Below, piece after piece: positions 16,635-26,764 of a stretch of DNA of 64,000 bases. Within the stretch, counting starts at the first letter, position 1. Each line of letters opens with the position of its first letter. The translations under genes and the position numbers were made by a program. The notes under the pieces were generated by a model that was not told where the DNA came from, did no database searches, and saw only the letters and a list, made by a program, of their open reading frames with translations. This DNA is from Bacteroidota bacterium (GTDB taxonomy: Bacteria > Bacteroidota > Bacteroidia > Bacteroidales > JAAUTT01), in assembly GCA_021779665.1 (NCBI GenBank), contig JAJYAG010000013.1, positions 4,076 to 68,075 on the forward strand, written 5' to 3'.

Positions 16635-18110
16635 ATGAAAAAGTACATTCTGGCTTTCGATCAGGGCACAACAAGCTCCCGTACCATTATTTTCGACAAG
16701 GATGGAAAAGTGATCCATCAGGCACAAAAGGAATTTCCGCAGATTTTCCCTAAACCTGGCTGGGTGGAACACAATCCCGACGATATAATTAATTCCCAGC
16801 TCGAAACTGCCGGAGAAGTGCTGGCTAAAGTCGACATTTCGGAAATTGCAGCCATTGGAATTACCAATCAGCGCGAAACAGCGATATTGTGGGATCGCGA
16901 AACCGGTAATCCTGTTTATAACGCAATTGTGTGGCAGGATCGCAGAACAGCTCCATATTGCGATGAACTCAAAGACAAGGGTTATCTTGATTTGTACCGG
17001 GATAAAACAGGCTTAATCATCGACTCCTATTTTTCGGCTACTAAAATAAAATGGATACTTGATACGGTTCCCGGAGCGCGCGAAAAAGCTAATCTGGGCA
17101 AACTGGCTTTTGGCACGGTTGATACCTGGCTCATCTGGAAGCTTACCGGCGGAAAATGTCATATTACAGATGTTACCAACGCCAGTCGCACCATGGTTTA
17201 TAATATCCATAAGCTGGAATGGGATACCGAATTGCTTAAAATTATGGATATTCCCGAAAGCATTCTTCCTCAGGTTAAATCATCTTCGGAGGTTTATGGG
17301 CATACGCTGACTTCTTTCTTCGGAGCTGAAATTCCTATTGCCGGTATTGCCGGCGATCAGCAGGCTGCCACATTCGGTCAAATGTGTCTTGAAACAGGTA
17401 ATGTTAAGAATACTTATGGCACCGGTTGTTTTATGCTTTGCAATACAGGGACAAAACCTGTAAAATCCAACAACAACCTGCTAACAACCATTGCCTGGCA
17501 GCTCAATGGTAAAACTTTATATGCGCTCGAAGGCAGTATTTACATTGCCGGTGCTGTTGTTCAGTGGCTCCGCGATAGCTTGGGTATCATAAAATCTTCT
17601 TCCGAAATTGAAAAATTGGCTTCTACAGTTGAGGATAACGGTGGGGTTTATTTTGTTCCTGCTTTTACGGGCTTGGGCGCTCCGCACTGGAATCAGTATG
17701 CCAAAGGTTCCATCACAGGTCTAACGCGAGGTTCCACTGCTGCACATATTGCCCGCGCTGCCCTCGAAGGAATTGCTTTTCAAACCTTAGATGTACTGAA
17801 GGCGATGGAAGCTGATATGGGTAATCCTATTACCGAACTGAAGGTGGACGGTGGTGCCGCAGTTGATAACCTGCTGATGCAGATTCAGGCTGACGTGCTT
17901 GGGGTACCGGTAATCAGACCTCAAACTCTTGAAACTACAGCTCTGGGAGTTGCTTACCTCGCTGGCCTGGCCGTTGGTTTCTGGAGTGGCGTTGATGAAA
18001 TTCGCAAACAATGGGCTGTGGATTCCAGGTTTATGAGGAAAATTGACGAATCAGAATTCAATAGAATGATAACCGGCTGGAAAGAAGCACTAGGAAAAAC
18101 TTTAAATTAA
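16635..18110 (+). CDS. glpK: glycerol kinase
   Basis: 491-aa ORF with N-terminus [13 protein letters not shown] and the FGGY kinase pattern. Confidence 0.9.
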   Translation: MKKYILAFDQGTTSSRTIIFDKDGKVIHQAQKEFPQIFPKPGWVEHNPDDIINSQLETAGEVLAKVDISEIAAIGITNQRETAILWDRETGNPVYNAIVWQDRRTAPYCDELKDKGYLDLYRDKTGLIIDSYFSATKIKWILDTVPGAREKANLGKLAFGTVDTWLIWKLTGGKCHITDVTNASRTMVYNIHKLEWDTELLKIMDIPESILPQVKSSSEVYGHTLTSFFGAEIPIAGIAGDQQAATFGQMCLETGNVKNTYGTGCFMLCNTGTKPVKSNNNLLTTIAWQLNGKTLYALEGSIYIAGAVVQWLRDSLGIIKSSSEIEKLASTVEDNGGVYFVPAFTGLGAPHWNQYAKGSITGLTRGSTAAHIARAALEGIAFQTLDVLKAMEADMGNPITELKVDGGAAVDNLLMQIQADVLGVPVIRPQTLETTALGVAYLAGLAVGFWSGVDEIRKQWAVDSRFMRKIDESEFNRMITGWKEALGKTLN

Positions 18111-18159
18111 CCAATGGGTTGCGAGTTACGGGATTCATGTTGCGGTAAAAGAATAGCAA

Positions 18160-18201
18160 CCTAAAACCTAACACCTACAGCCTAATACCTAAATCTTAAC
18201 T
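18160..18201 (+). repeat. five to six tandem heptads CCTAnnn in the glpF leader
   Basis: The heptads read CCTAAAA CCTAACA CCTACAG CCTAATA CCTAAAT CTTAACT. They end 2 nt before the glpF ATG. Confidence 0.7.
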
Positions 18202-18203
18202 AT

Positions 18204-18941
18204 ATGAATGAATTTTTCGCTGAATTTATTGGAACCATGTTGCTGATACTGCTGGGCAATGGTGTGGTTGCCAACGTTAATCTGAATAAAACATACGGTA
18301 ATTCCGGAGGGTGGATTGTAATTACCATGGGATGGGGGCTGGGAGTATTTATTGGCGTAACTGTCGCCGGACCTTATTCAGGGGCGCATCTCAATCCGGC
18401 TGTGACTCTGGGTTTTTCAATTGCCGGACTATTCCCATGGGCTAAAGCTGCGGTATTTATTGTTGCTCAGCTTTTGGGCGCGGCCATGGGTGCCTTTTTG
18501 GTATGGACATTTTACCGGGAACATTTTAACGAAACTGACAACCAGGGTGCCATTCGCGCATGCTACTGCACCAGTCCTGCCATACGTAAACCTCTCAGCA
18601 ATTTGATCTGTGAGTTTATTGGAACTTTTGTGTTGATTTTTGTGATTTTTTACATTCAGGGTGCTACATTTGAAGCAGATGGTGTTTCGGGGGTAAAAAT
18701 AGGTTTAGGAACCATTGGTGCTTTTCCGGTTGCTTTTCTGGTGGTGGCCATTGGTCTTTCCCTGGGAGGAACTACCGGATATGCCATCAATCCTGCCCGT
18801 GACCTGATGCCAAGGATTATGCATGCCGTTTTGCCAATGAAATATAAAGGACCATCGGGTTGGGAATACGCTTATGTTCCAGTTATAGGGCCGGTTGCAG
18901 GAGCTGCATTTGCTGCAGTTTTATATTTGTGGTTGCTGTAA
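18204..18941 (+). CDS. glpF: aquaglyceroporin / glycerol uptake facilitator
   Basis: 245-aa membrane ORF with two NPA boxes (HLNPAVT, AINPARD). Confidence 0.9.
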   Translation: MNEFFAEFIGTMLLILLGNGVVANVNLNKTYGNSGGWIVITMGWGLGVFIGVTVAGPYSGAHLNPAVTLGFSIAGLFPWAKAAVFIVAQLLGAAMGAFLVWTFYREHFNETDNQGAIRACYCTSPAIRKPLSNLICEFIGTFVLIFVIFYIQGATFEADGVSGVKIGLGTIGAFPVAFLVVAIGLSLGGTTGYAINPARDLMPRIMHAVLPMKYKGPSGWEYAYVPVIGPVAGAAFAAVLYLWLL

Positions 18942-19172
18942 TTTATTGTGAGTTTCGGTTTTTAATAAGGTTAAAGATAGATCTTATCCTCTTGTATTAA
19001 GGGTTCAAATGCAGGAAGAAATACGGTTCTAAGATAAACCTTATTTTTAATCAGCAACCTTCTAGAAAAAGTAAATAAATCTTGTATTTAACCTTATTAT
19101 TGATATTTAATAAAGACTTTTATTTGGGAAATTATTGGTAATCTGCTTTGAAAACGGTTTAAAAAAAAGAAT

Positions 19173-20018
19173 ATGATGAGGTTAGTTAGTCTGTTTGTGT
19201 TGTTAATGTTTGCAATTGGTGCTTTTGCTCAGGAGAAAGTGGAACGTAAAACCTATTTTCCAAAGTCGGAAATTCAACCTGATAAAATTCCTTCTTTTAA
19301 GAATACGTGGGTATTTATTATGGCTGGTCAGTCGAATATGGCTGGCCGTGGCCAGGTAGAACCTCAGGATACATTGCCAAATCCAAGGATTTTGACTATA
19401 AATTCCCAGGGGAAATTAATCCTTGCCAAAGAGCCTTTACATTTTTATGAACCCACGATGTCGGGGCTTGATTGCGGTGTTTCTTTCGCACAGACGCTTC
19501 TTAAATCAGTTCCCGACTCCATTACAATTCTGATGATACCCACTGCTGTTGGTGGAAGTGCTATTGACCAGTGGCTGGGCGATTCCATTCACAGAAATGT
19601 GAAACTGCTGACTAATTTTCGCGACAAGGTGGACATAGCCCGGAAATATGGTGAAGTGAAAGCGATTATCTGGCATCAGGGCGAAAGCGATTCAAATGCT
19701 AAGTTGATTGGGTCGTACGAAGGTAAACTCAGGAATCTTTTTGGTCAGTTTCGCAATTACGTGAATAAGCCCAATTTACCAATTGTGATTGGCGAAATCG
19801 GAATTTTTACTGATAATGCCGAGAATAAAAAGTTGATGAACCAGACAATCCATCATTTTGCCGGCACAGAGCCTAACGCTGCCTGTGTTTCAACCGGCGA
19901 CTTAAAACATCGTGGCGATAAGCTGCATTTCGATTCCGCATCTCAGAGAATAATGGGAGAGAGGATGGCGCAAGCCTGGTTGAACCTTTACGGAATTAAC
20001 ATTCAGAATAATAAATGA
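19173..20018 (+). CDS. SGNH-type sialate O-acetylesterase-like carbohydrate esterase
   Basis: 281-aa ORF with a signal peptide. The GQSNMAGRG and HQGESD motifs belong to the DUF303/sialate O-acetylesterase family. Confidence 0.6.
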   Translation: MMRLVSLFVLLMFAIGAFAQEKVERKTYFPKSEIQPDKIPSFKNTWVFIMAGQSNMAGRGQVEPQDTLPNPRILTINSQGKLILAKEPLHFYEPTMSGLDCGVSFAQTLLKSVPDSITILMIPTAVGGSAIDQWLGDSIHRNVKLLTNFRDKVDIARKYGEVKAIIWHQGESDSNAKLIGSYEGKLRNLFGQFRNYVNKPNLPIVIGEIGIFTDNAENKKLMNQTIHHFAGTEPNAACVSTGDLKHRGDKLHFDSASQRIMGERMAQAWLNLYGINIQNNK

Positions 20019-21676
20019 GTACAAAAGTGAAAATTTTTAAGGCAATTATTGTTTCGATACTTTTAACTTCGGTTGTAAGTGTCAATTGTCAGACAAGGTT
20101 TGATGCCTCATTGACGAATAGTAAAGTTGAGGTTTACGCTGTTGCCGATTTTGTCTTTAAGGTTAAAGCAAAAATTTCTCAGGGTTTGCTGGATGAGCCT
20201 TTTGGTGCTGTTTTCACAGCTCCCGATAATTCTTCTTTGAATATCCCGGGTTTTTACAACGAAAACAATGAGTTCGTTCTTCGGTTCTCGCCTACGATGC
20301 AGGGAAGCTGGAGTTATTCAACCTATTCTTCACTGCCTCAATTGTCTGGTTTAAAGGGAAGTGTTGATGCTATAGCTAACTCCAATTCGGAAATTCATGG
20401 TGCTGTTACAATTAATCCACAGAATCCTCAGAAATTTATTTACCAGGATGGGAACTCCTGTTTTGCCCTGGCTTTTGAACTCGACTGGCTATTTGCGCTC
20501 GATTACGATAATCCTTCGGCCCTGCCTAAAACAACACAGATTATCGACGATGTTAAAGCGAACGGTTTTAACCAGGTGGTGATGAATGTTTATGCGTACG
20601 ATGTCAACTGGAAAGTCTCGCCCGATGTGCCTAAGGAATATAGTTTCAAAAGGCCGGCATATTCTCCTTTTGAAGGGACGAATGAAAAACCTGATTTCAC
20701 TTCACTGAACATTCATTTCTTTAAACATTTCGACCGCGTTATCAATCATCTGAATCAAAATGGAATTACGGCTCATGTGATGATTTATGTGTGGAATAAA
20801 AATGTGAACTGGCCAAAAATGTATTCTGTTGAGGATAACCGGTATTTCGATTATATCATTAAAAGATATCAGGCTTATTCAAATATCATCTGGGATGTTT
20901 CGAAAGAAGCGCTGGATTACGGACGGTGCGATATTCCTTACATAAATGAGCGCATCGAACGCATTCGCCGGATCGACGCCTACAAACGCCTGGTTACGGT
21001 TCACGATTATGAATATTGTTCGCGCGAGCCCGACAGGGTTGATTTTATTTCTATCCAGAACTGGCGTTCCGACTTGTATTCTCTTAGCCTTGAAGCTCTC
21101 CTGAAGCATAGCAACAAACCTGTAATGAATATTGAACATGGTGGCTATGAGGAAGGTCCTTATTTATCTTTCGAAGGAAATTATGTTAACCCCGAGGCTT
21201 GTCTGGTGCGTAACTACGAATGTGTGTTTGCCGGAGTTTATTCATGCTACTACTGGCAGAATACTTCCTGGAATATTGTGGTTTATGACCCTATGAATCC
21301 AAAGCATTCCTTCAAAAAGCCGCGATTCGATTATTATAAAAATTTGCAGGCGCTCTTTACCGGTTACGATTTCAATACTTTATATCCATACAAATCCAAG
21401 CTTACTACCAATAGCAGGATCGGAAACGATAATTTCTCTTCCAGCGGATATCCGCTTACCAATGGTAAGGATCTTTATTTATATTTTATCCCTGCTGAGA
21501 ATTTCCAGATAAATGCTGTAATTCCTCAACCGCAAAGTAAAAAACTCGAAGTTACCTGGTTTAACCCATTTACAGGTGAGTTCAAAAATGCCGGATTAAC
21601 TGACTGGGGTGTATGGAAAGGATTTAAAAGTCCCTGGCCCGGCACTGCTAGTGTTTTAATTTTAAAAGCAAAATAA
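20015..21676 (+). CDS. DUF5060 plus TIM-barrel glycoside hydrolase-like protein (DUF4038/GH140- or GH5-like)
   Basis: 553-aa ORF with an ATGA overlap on the esterase gene. It has a signal peptide. The N-terminal pattern PGFYNENNEFVLRFSPTMQGSWSY is typical of DUF5060. Confidence 0.5.
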   Translation: MSTKVKIFKAIIVSILLTSVVSVNCQTRFDASLTNSKVEVYAVADFVFKVKAKISQGLLDEPFGAVFTAPDNSSLNIPGFYNENNEFVLRFSPTMQGSWSYSTYSSLPQLSGLKGSVDAIANSNSEIHGAVTINPQNPQKFIYQDGNSCFALAFELDWLFALDYDNPSALPKTTQIIDDVKANGFNQVVMNVYAYDVNWKVSPDVPKEYSFKRPAYSPFEGTNEKPDFTSLNIHFFKHFDRVINHLNQNGITAHVMIYVWNKNVNWPKMYSVEDNRYFDYIIKRYQAYSNIIWDVSKEALDYGRCDIPYINERIERIRRIDAYKRLVTVHDYEYCSREPDRVDFISIQNWRSDLYSLSLEALLKHSNKPVMNIEHGGYEEGPYLSFEGNYVNPEACLVRNYECVFAGVYSCYYWQNTSWNIVVYDPMNPKHSFKKPRFDYYKNLQALFTGYDFNTLYPYKSKLTTNSRIGNDNFSSSGYPLTNGKDLYLYFIPAENFQINAVIPQPQSKKLEVTWFNPFTGEFKNAGLTDWGVWKGFKSPWPGTASVLILKAK

Positions 21677-21837
21677 TTTTAAATCCCGACATCAGGCTGC
21701 TCCAAAACAGTTAGAAAAATGTTTTATCAAAAGGCGGATTTCAGAAAGGTTTTCACTATATTTTCCAATATTTTGAAGATGGAATTATTGTTGAACTACT
21801 AATCTAATCTCCTGAGGGATATTAAAATTTTGGCAGT

Positions 21838-23715
21838 ATGGAAAAGGAAAGCCCGAACGAAAAACAGCATCCTATATTAGGAACTTATATAAAGAAAATA
21901 ACCAACGACGAAATGTCGGGAACTTATTTGTTTGAAGTTGCCTGGGAAGTTTGTAACCAGGTAGGTGGGATTTATACCGTTATTCAGTCGAAAGTTTTAT
22001 CGGTGCTCGATAAGTGGAGAAAGGAAAACTATGTTTTGCTCGGTCCTTATTTTGAGAAGAATGCGGCATCAAATTTTGAGCCCATATACGATCCTTCTGA
22101 TCCGATGTCGCAGACAGTGGAGGAAATGAACAGTATGGGATTTAAGGTTTATTATGGTCAGTGGCTCATTGCCGGAAGACCTAAAGTAATCCTTTTCGAT
22201 CCTTTTGCTTCTTTCCATCAATTGGCTGAAATTAAATATTTTCTGTGGGAACATCACAGGATATCTACCCCGGCTCACGACGATCTTACCGATCAGGTAA
22301 TTTCCTTCGGACATCAGGTGCATCAGTTTTTCCAGATTTTTTCGGCAAAGTTTGGTCAGGGACATCGTATGATCGCTCATTTTCACGAATGGATGGCCGG
22401 AACGCCTATTCCGAATATGCGACGCGATCAGCTTCCTATTAAAATTGTGTTTACTACGCACGCAACTTTGCTTGGGCGCTATCTGGCCATGAACGATCCT
22501 CAGTTTTACGATAATCTTCCTAATTATAACTGGCATTACGAAGCTGATCATTTCCAGGTGATGCATATTGTTGAGATTGAGCGTGCGGCGGCTCATGGGG
22601 CTCATGTGTTTACAACCGTAAGCGAAGTAACCGTTCCCGAGTGCGAAGTATTCCTGGGTAGAAAGCCGGATGTGGTTTTACCCAACGGATTGAATATCGA
22701 CCGGTTTGAAGCCATGCACGAGTTTCAGAATTTACACCGGTTTTATAAGGAAAAGATTAATGAGTTTGTGATGGGGCATTTCTTCCAGAGCTATTCATTC
22801 AACCTGGATAAAACGCTGTACTTTTTTACCTCCGGCAGGTTCGAATATAACAACAAAGGTTACGACCTTACGCTTGAAGCGCTTAACCGTCTTAACCGCA
22901 AAATGAAACAGGCTAAAATAGACATGACCGTGGTTATGTTTATCATTACCCGGAACCCTTATCATAGTATCAATGCCGATGTTTTGCAGATGAAAGCCTT
23001 ATTGGAAGAAATTCTGCGTAACTGCGAACAGATGCAGGAGAAGATGGCTCAGAAGCTTTTTTATGCTATCACTTCCAACGAAAAGGGGTTTGCAATGCCC
23101 GATCTCAACCAGTTGATTGACGACTATATGGTGCTGAGACTGAGAACGAATTTTCAATCGTGGCGTACAAAGCGGCTTCCTTCTGTTGTTACTCATAATC
23201 TGGTAAACGAGCATGGTGATCCAGTTCTGAATTATCTTCATTACAATGGTTTGGTTAATCTTCCGCAGGATAAGGTGAAAATAGTTTACCACCCGGATTT
23301 TGTTGCCACCTCCAATCCGTTGTTCCGCATGGAATATTATCAGTTTATCCGGGGTTGTCATATGGGAATTTTTCCAAGTTATTATGAGCCCTGGGGATAT
23401 ACACCACTCGAATGTATTGCCAGTGGTATTCCTTCAGTTACCAGCGATCTGGCGGGCTTTGGCTCTTTTGTCGATTCTGCAATTCCCGACAGCGAGAATT
23501 CAGGTATTTATGTTTTGAAACGGAAACACAAAGGCTTCCATGAAGCTGCGGAGAATCTTGCCAATATTTTATTCGATTTTGTGAAAATGAGCCGGCGCGA
23601 CCGGATCATGCAACGAAACCGCGTGGAAGCTACCTCCGTAATGTTCGACTGGGGTAAGCTCGGAAAATATTACGATAAGGCTTACGGCATGGCTATCAGG
23701 AATAAAGAGTTGTGA
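21838..23715 (+). CDS. GT3-type (eukaryote-like) glycogen synthase
   Basis: 625-aa ORF. The N-terminus YLFEVAWEVCNQVGGIYTVIQSK is the hallmark of family GT3 glycogen synthases. Confidence 0.8.
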   Translation: MEKESPNEKQHPILGTYIKKITNDEMSGTYLFEVAWEVCNQVGGIYTVIQSKVLSVLDKWRKENYVLLGPYFEKNAASNFEPIYDPSDPMSQTVEEMNSMGFKVYYGQWLIAGRPKVILFDPFASFHQLAEIKYFLWEHHRISTPAHDDLTDQVISFGHQVHQFFQIFSAKFGQGHRMIAHFHEWMAGTPIPNMRRDQLPIKIVFTTHATLLGRYLAMNDPQFYDNLPNYNWHYEADHFQVMHIVEIERAAAHGAHVFTTVSEVTVPECEVFLGRKPDVVLPNGLNIDRFEAMHEFQNLHRFYKEKINEFVMGHFFQSYSFNLDKTLYFFTSGRFEYNNKGYDLTLEALNRLNRKMKQAKIDMTVVMFIITRNPYHSINADVLQMKALLEEILRNCEQMQEKMAQKLFYAITSNEKGFAMPDLNQLIDDYMVLRLRTNFQSWRTKRLPSVVTHNLVNEHGDPVLNYLHYNGLVNLPQDKVKIVYHPDFVATSNPLFRMEYYQFIRGCHMGIFPSYYEPWGYTPLECIASGIPSVTSDLAGFGSFVDSAIPDSENSGIYVLKRKHKGFHEAAENLANILFDFVKMSRRDRIMQRNRVEATSVMFDWGKLGKYYDKAYGMAIRNKEL

Positions 23716-23737
23716 AATTCTTTTATAATCATAATAA

Positions 23738-23766
23738 GGCAAAGTTTCGGCTTTGTCTTTTTTGTT
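23738..23766 (+). terminator. rho-independent terminator after glycogen synthase
   Basis: GGCAAAG pairs with CTTTGTC (7-bp stem, one G-T) across loop TTTCGG. A T-run follows. Confidence 0.55.
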
Positions 23767-24153
23767 TATAGGTGGCAGGTCTTCAAAAAATTGGTGGAAG
23801 AATAATAATTGTTTACTCACCTTTGCTTTTATTGACTCAGTTCAGTTAATTTTAAACCTTATCAGGTTGGTAGGTTTAAAATATTATTCCTGAAAAGTCG
23901 TTACTTATTCTCCAAATATATTCATTCGTAAATAAATTGCGACCTTTGGTCAAATACATAAAAAAATGTAACTTTATTTAAGCATGAATTTTTCAAAAGT
24001 TTAAAAAATTGTAATTTAGAATTGTGTTAAATAACTGCTATAAACCTTTGATAATTTTGCGATTGCAATTGTGTTATTTTTGTAACAATATGATTTTTAT
24101 TCATTTATCGTGTATCAACGACTTTAGTCGTGCTTAAAATTTGCGACTTTTTA

Positions 24154-24161
24154 TATATTTG
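24154..24161 (+). promoter_or_regulatory. Bacteroidota -7 promoter motif (TATATTTG) upstream of nuoA
   Basis: Matches TAnnTTTG, 58 nt upstream of the nuoA ATG. A second match, TAATTTTG, is at 24052-24059. Confidence 0.35.
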
Positions 24162-24218
24162 CGCGCCTTAAGAGGTTGAGTTTTTAATTCTCTGTAAGTT
24201 CATTAAAATGTAGATAAT

Positions 24219-24569
24219 ATGGGTGCTGCTTCAATAATAATTCTTTTATTCTGCGGGGTAACTTTCGCCGTTTTAGCCATTGGAGTCGGAAAGTTTTTTG
24301 GATTGTCGTCCATGAATCCTGAAAAAGGACAGCCATACGAGTGTGGTATCGAAACTCAGGGCGTCACATGGGTTCAGTTTAATGTGGGTTATTATCTTTT
24401 CTCTCTCGTGTTTCTGGTGTTCGATGTCGAAATTATTTTCCTCTACCCCTGGGCAACCGTTTTGAAAGATTTGGGTATGATTGCCTTCGTTGAGATTCTG
24501 CTCTTTACACTGTTCCTGTTTATGGGACTTCTTTATGCATATAAAAAGAAAGCGCTTGCATGGATGTAA
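24219..24569 (+). CDS. nuoA: NADH-quinone oxidoreductase subunit A
   Basis: 116-aa 3-TM ORF, first in the nuo series, with the YECG motif. Confidence 0.9.
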   Translation: MGAASIIILLFCGVTFAVLAIGVGKFFGLSSMNPEKGQPYECGIETQGVTWVQFNVGYYLFSLVFLVFDVEIIFLYPWATVLKDLGMIAFVEILLFTLFLFMGLLYAYKKKALAWM

Positions 24570-25111
24570 ATAAAGATTTTATCCCGGAATTTCCGGGCGA
24601 TATATATAAAGACGATACAGGTAAAACAAATTTCATTGTTACCAGTGTCGATGCTATTGCCAACTGGGCCCGCAGTAATTCACTCTGGCCTCTGTCGTTC
24701 GGAACCAGCTGTTGTGCAATCGAACTCATGTCGACTGTTTCGGCTAAATACGACTGGTCGCGTTTCGGGTTCGAAGTTATGAGAGCCAGTCCACGCCAGT
24801 GCGACCTGATCATCGTTGCCGGTACAATTACCTATAAAATGGCTCCGGTTTTAAAACGTTTGTACAACCAAATGCCGGAACCCCGTTACGTTATTGCTAT
24901 GGGTGCATGCGCTATCTCAGGCGGCCCCTTCTTCTATAATTCCTATTCTGTAGTGAAAGGTGTGGACAATTTAATTCCTGTGGATGTGTATATCCCCGGC
25001 TGTCCTCCCCGCCCTGAAGCATTAATTCACGGTATGATGACACTTCAGAACAAGATCAAAAATTCAAAGGCTTACGTGATCGAAAAGCCTAAGAAAAATG
25101 ACGAAGAATAA
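24560..25111 (+). CDS. nuoB: NADH-quinone oxidoreductase subunit B
   Basis: 183-aa ORF carrying the GTSCCAIE...GACA...PGCPP cysteine ligands of cluster N2. Confidence 0.9.
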   Translation: MDVNKDFIPEFPGDIYKDDTGKTNFIVTSVDAIANWARSNSLWPLSFGTSCCAIELMSTVSAKYDWSRFGFEVMRASPRQCDLIIVAGTITYKMAPVLKRLYNQMPEPRYVIAMGACAISGGPFFYNSYSVVKGVDNLIPVDVYIPGCPPRPEALIHGMMTLQNKIKNSKAYVIEKPKKNDEE

Positions 25112-25138
25112 TCAGTTTCAGAAAAATATCTGTTGATA

Positions 25139-25597
25139 ATGACAAAGGAAGAACTGAAAACATACCTTGAACAAACGTTTCCGCAGAACAAAGTGGAGGA
25201 AACCTTTGATTTCCCGCTTTTGTATGCCGATAAGTCGGAACTGTTTATCATTGCTAAAAAGCTGAAGGAGTCACCCGAAACCTTATTCGATTTTCTTTTT
25301 TGCGAAACAGCGGTAGACCGCACTCCGAACCTGGAAATGGTTTATCACCTGAACTCAACTACGCACCGTCACGATATGGTGTTGAAAGTTGTGCTTGAAG
25401 ATCGCGAAAATCCCGAAATACATTCGGTAAACGAATTATGGAAAGCTGCCGAGCTCTACGAAAACGAAATTTACGATATGTTCGGAATTCGTTTCACAGG
25501 TCATCCCAATCTCCGCAGAATCATGCTTGGTGATGAATGGCCCGGATTTCCCCTCCGCAAAGATTATAAAGACGATATTAATATAGTAACCTTGTAG
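25139..25597 (+). CDS. nuoC: NADH-quinone oxidoreductase subunit C
   Basis: The track ORF begins at TTG 25133. The first ATG is at 25139. The ERE-x-YDMFGI-x-F-x-GHP motif is present as YENEIYDMFGIRFTGHP. Confidence 0.85.
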   Translation: MTKEELKTYLEQTFPQNKVEETFDFPLLYADKSELFIIAKKLKESPETLFDFLFCETAVDRTPNLEMVYHLNSTTHRHDMVLKVVLEDRENPEIHSVNELWKAAELYENEIYDMFGIRFTGHPNLRRIMLGDEWPGFPLRKDYKDDINIVTL

Positions 25598-25606
25598 AAC
25601 TTTCCA

Positions 25607-26731
25607 ATGGAAAACCTAAATACGGAGTTACCAAAAGAAATGACCGAAGAATTTGTTGTGAATATCGGGCCTCAACACCCCTCCACTCACGGCGTTCTCC
25701 GACTTCAGGCCACCCTCGATGGCGAAACCATAAAAGACCTTCTTCCACACTTAGGATACATTCACCGTGGTATTGAAAAGATGTGCGAATCGCTTGGTTA
25801 CAAGCAGTTCATCTATCTTACAAGCCGCATGGATTATCTTTCGGCTCACATCAATAACCAGGCCTGCTCCCTTGCCATTGAAAAAGGTTTGCAGGTTGAA
25901 GTTCCCGCCCGTGCCAAAGCCATCCGTATTCTGATGGCCGAATTGCAGCGTCTTACTTCGCACGAGTTATGGTGGGGTTCCTGTGCCATGGACCTTGGTG
26001 CTGTTACTCCTTTCTTCCTTGCTTTCCGCGACCGCGAACGTATTCTTGAGATCTTCGAGGAGAATACCGGCAACCGTCTTACCATGAATTATATTACTCC
26101 TGGTGGCGTAATGACCGATATTAATTCCGATTTTGTTACTCGTCTCAAAACTTTGCTGGTTAAAATAAAGGAACATCTGAAAGAATACGAGACATTAATT
26201 ACAGGTAACATTATTTTTCAGCGTCGTTTGAAAGGTGTTGGCGTTTTACCGAAAGAGCTTGCTATTTCTTTAGGCTGTACCGGTCCAACTGCCCGTGCAT
26301 CGGGATTAAGCTGCGATGTTCGCAAGTATTATCCTTACGATGGGTACGAAAAACTCGACTTCAAAGAAATAGTTGCTGACGGATGCGATAGCTGGAGCCG
26401 CTATGTGGTTCGTATGGAAGAGATGAGGCAATCGATTCACATCATCGAGCAGATAATCGATAACATTCCCGAAGGTGAATATCGCGCCAAGTTAAAAGGT
26501 ATTGTGAAATTACCCGTTGGCGAATATTACCAGAGAGTTGAAACTGCCCGTGGCGAGCTTGGAGTGTATATTGTGAGCGATGGTGGCAACAAACCTTACC
26601 GTTTAAAATTGAGAGCACCTAACTTCTCAAATCTTGGAGCCTTAAAGCCTATTACTGTAGGTTCAAAAATCGGTGACCTGATGGCCAGCATGGCAACAAT
26701 TGATTTGGTAATTCCTGATATTGACAGATAA
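25607..26731 (+). CDS. nuoD: NADH-quinone oxidoreductase subunit D
   Basis: 374-aa ORF with NIGPQHPSTHGVLRL and a C-terminal LVIPDIDR. Confidence 0.9.
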   Translation: MENLNTELPKEMTEEFVVNIGPQHPSTHGVLRLQATLDGETIKDLLPHLGYIHRGIEKMCESLGYKQFIYLTSRMDYLSAHINNQACSLAIEKGLQVEVPARAKAIRILMAELQRLTSHELWWGSCAMDLGAVTPFFLAFRDRERILEIFEENTGNRLTMNYITPGGVMTDINSDFVTRLKTLLVKIKEHLKEYETLITGNIIFQRRLKGVGVLPKELAISLGCTGPTARASGLSCDVRKYYPYDGYEKLDFKEIVADGCDSWSRYVVRMEEMRQSIHIIEQIIDNIPEGEYRAKLKGIVKLPVGEYYQRVETARGELGVYIVSDGGNKPYRLKLRAPNFSNLGALKPITVGSKIGDLMASMATIDLVIPDIDR

Positions 26732-26764
26732 ACAAGCAGGTTGTCTGCCTATAAAAATATTTGT

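Noticed and set aside
22069-22605. 178-aa minus-strand ORF inside the GT3 glycogen synthase gene
   Set aside because: It lies entirely antisense to a strongly supported CDS. It has no recognisable motif and a low-complexity, Arg/Ser-rich composition typical of shadow ORFs. The same applies to 763-1188(-), 47928-48392(-), 27899-28261(+) and similar track entries.
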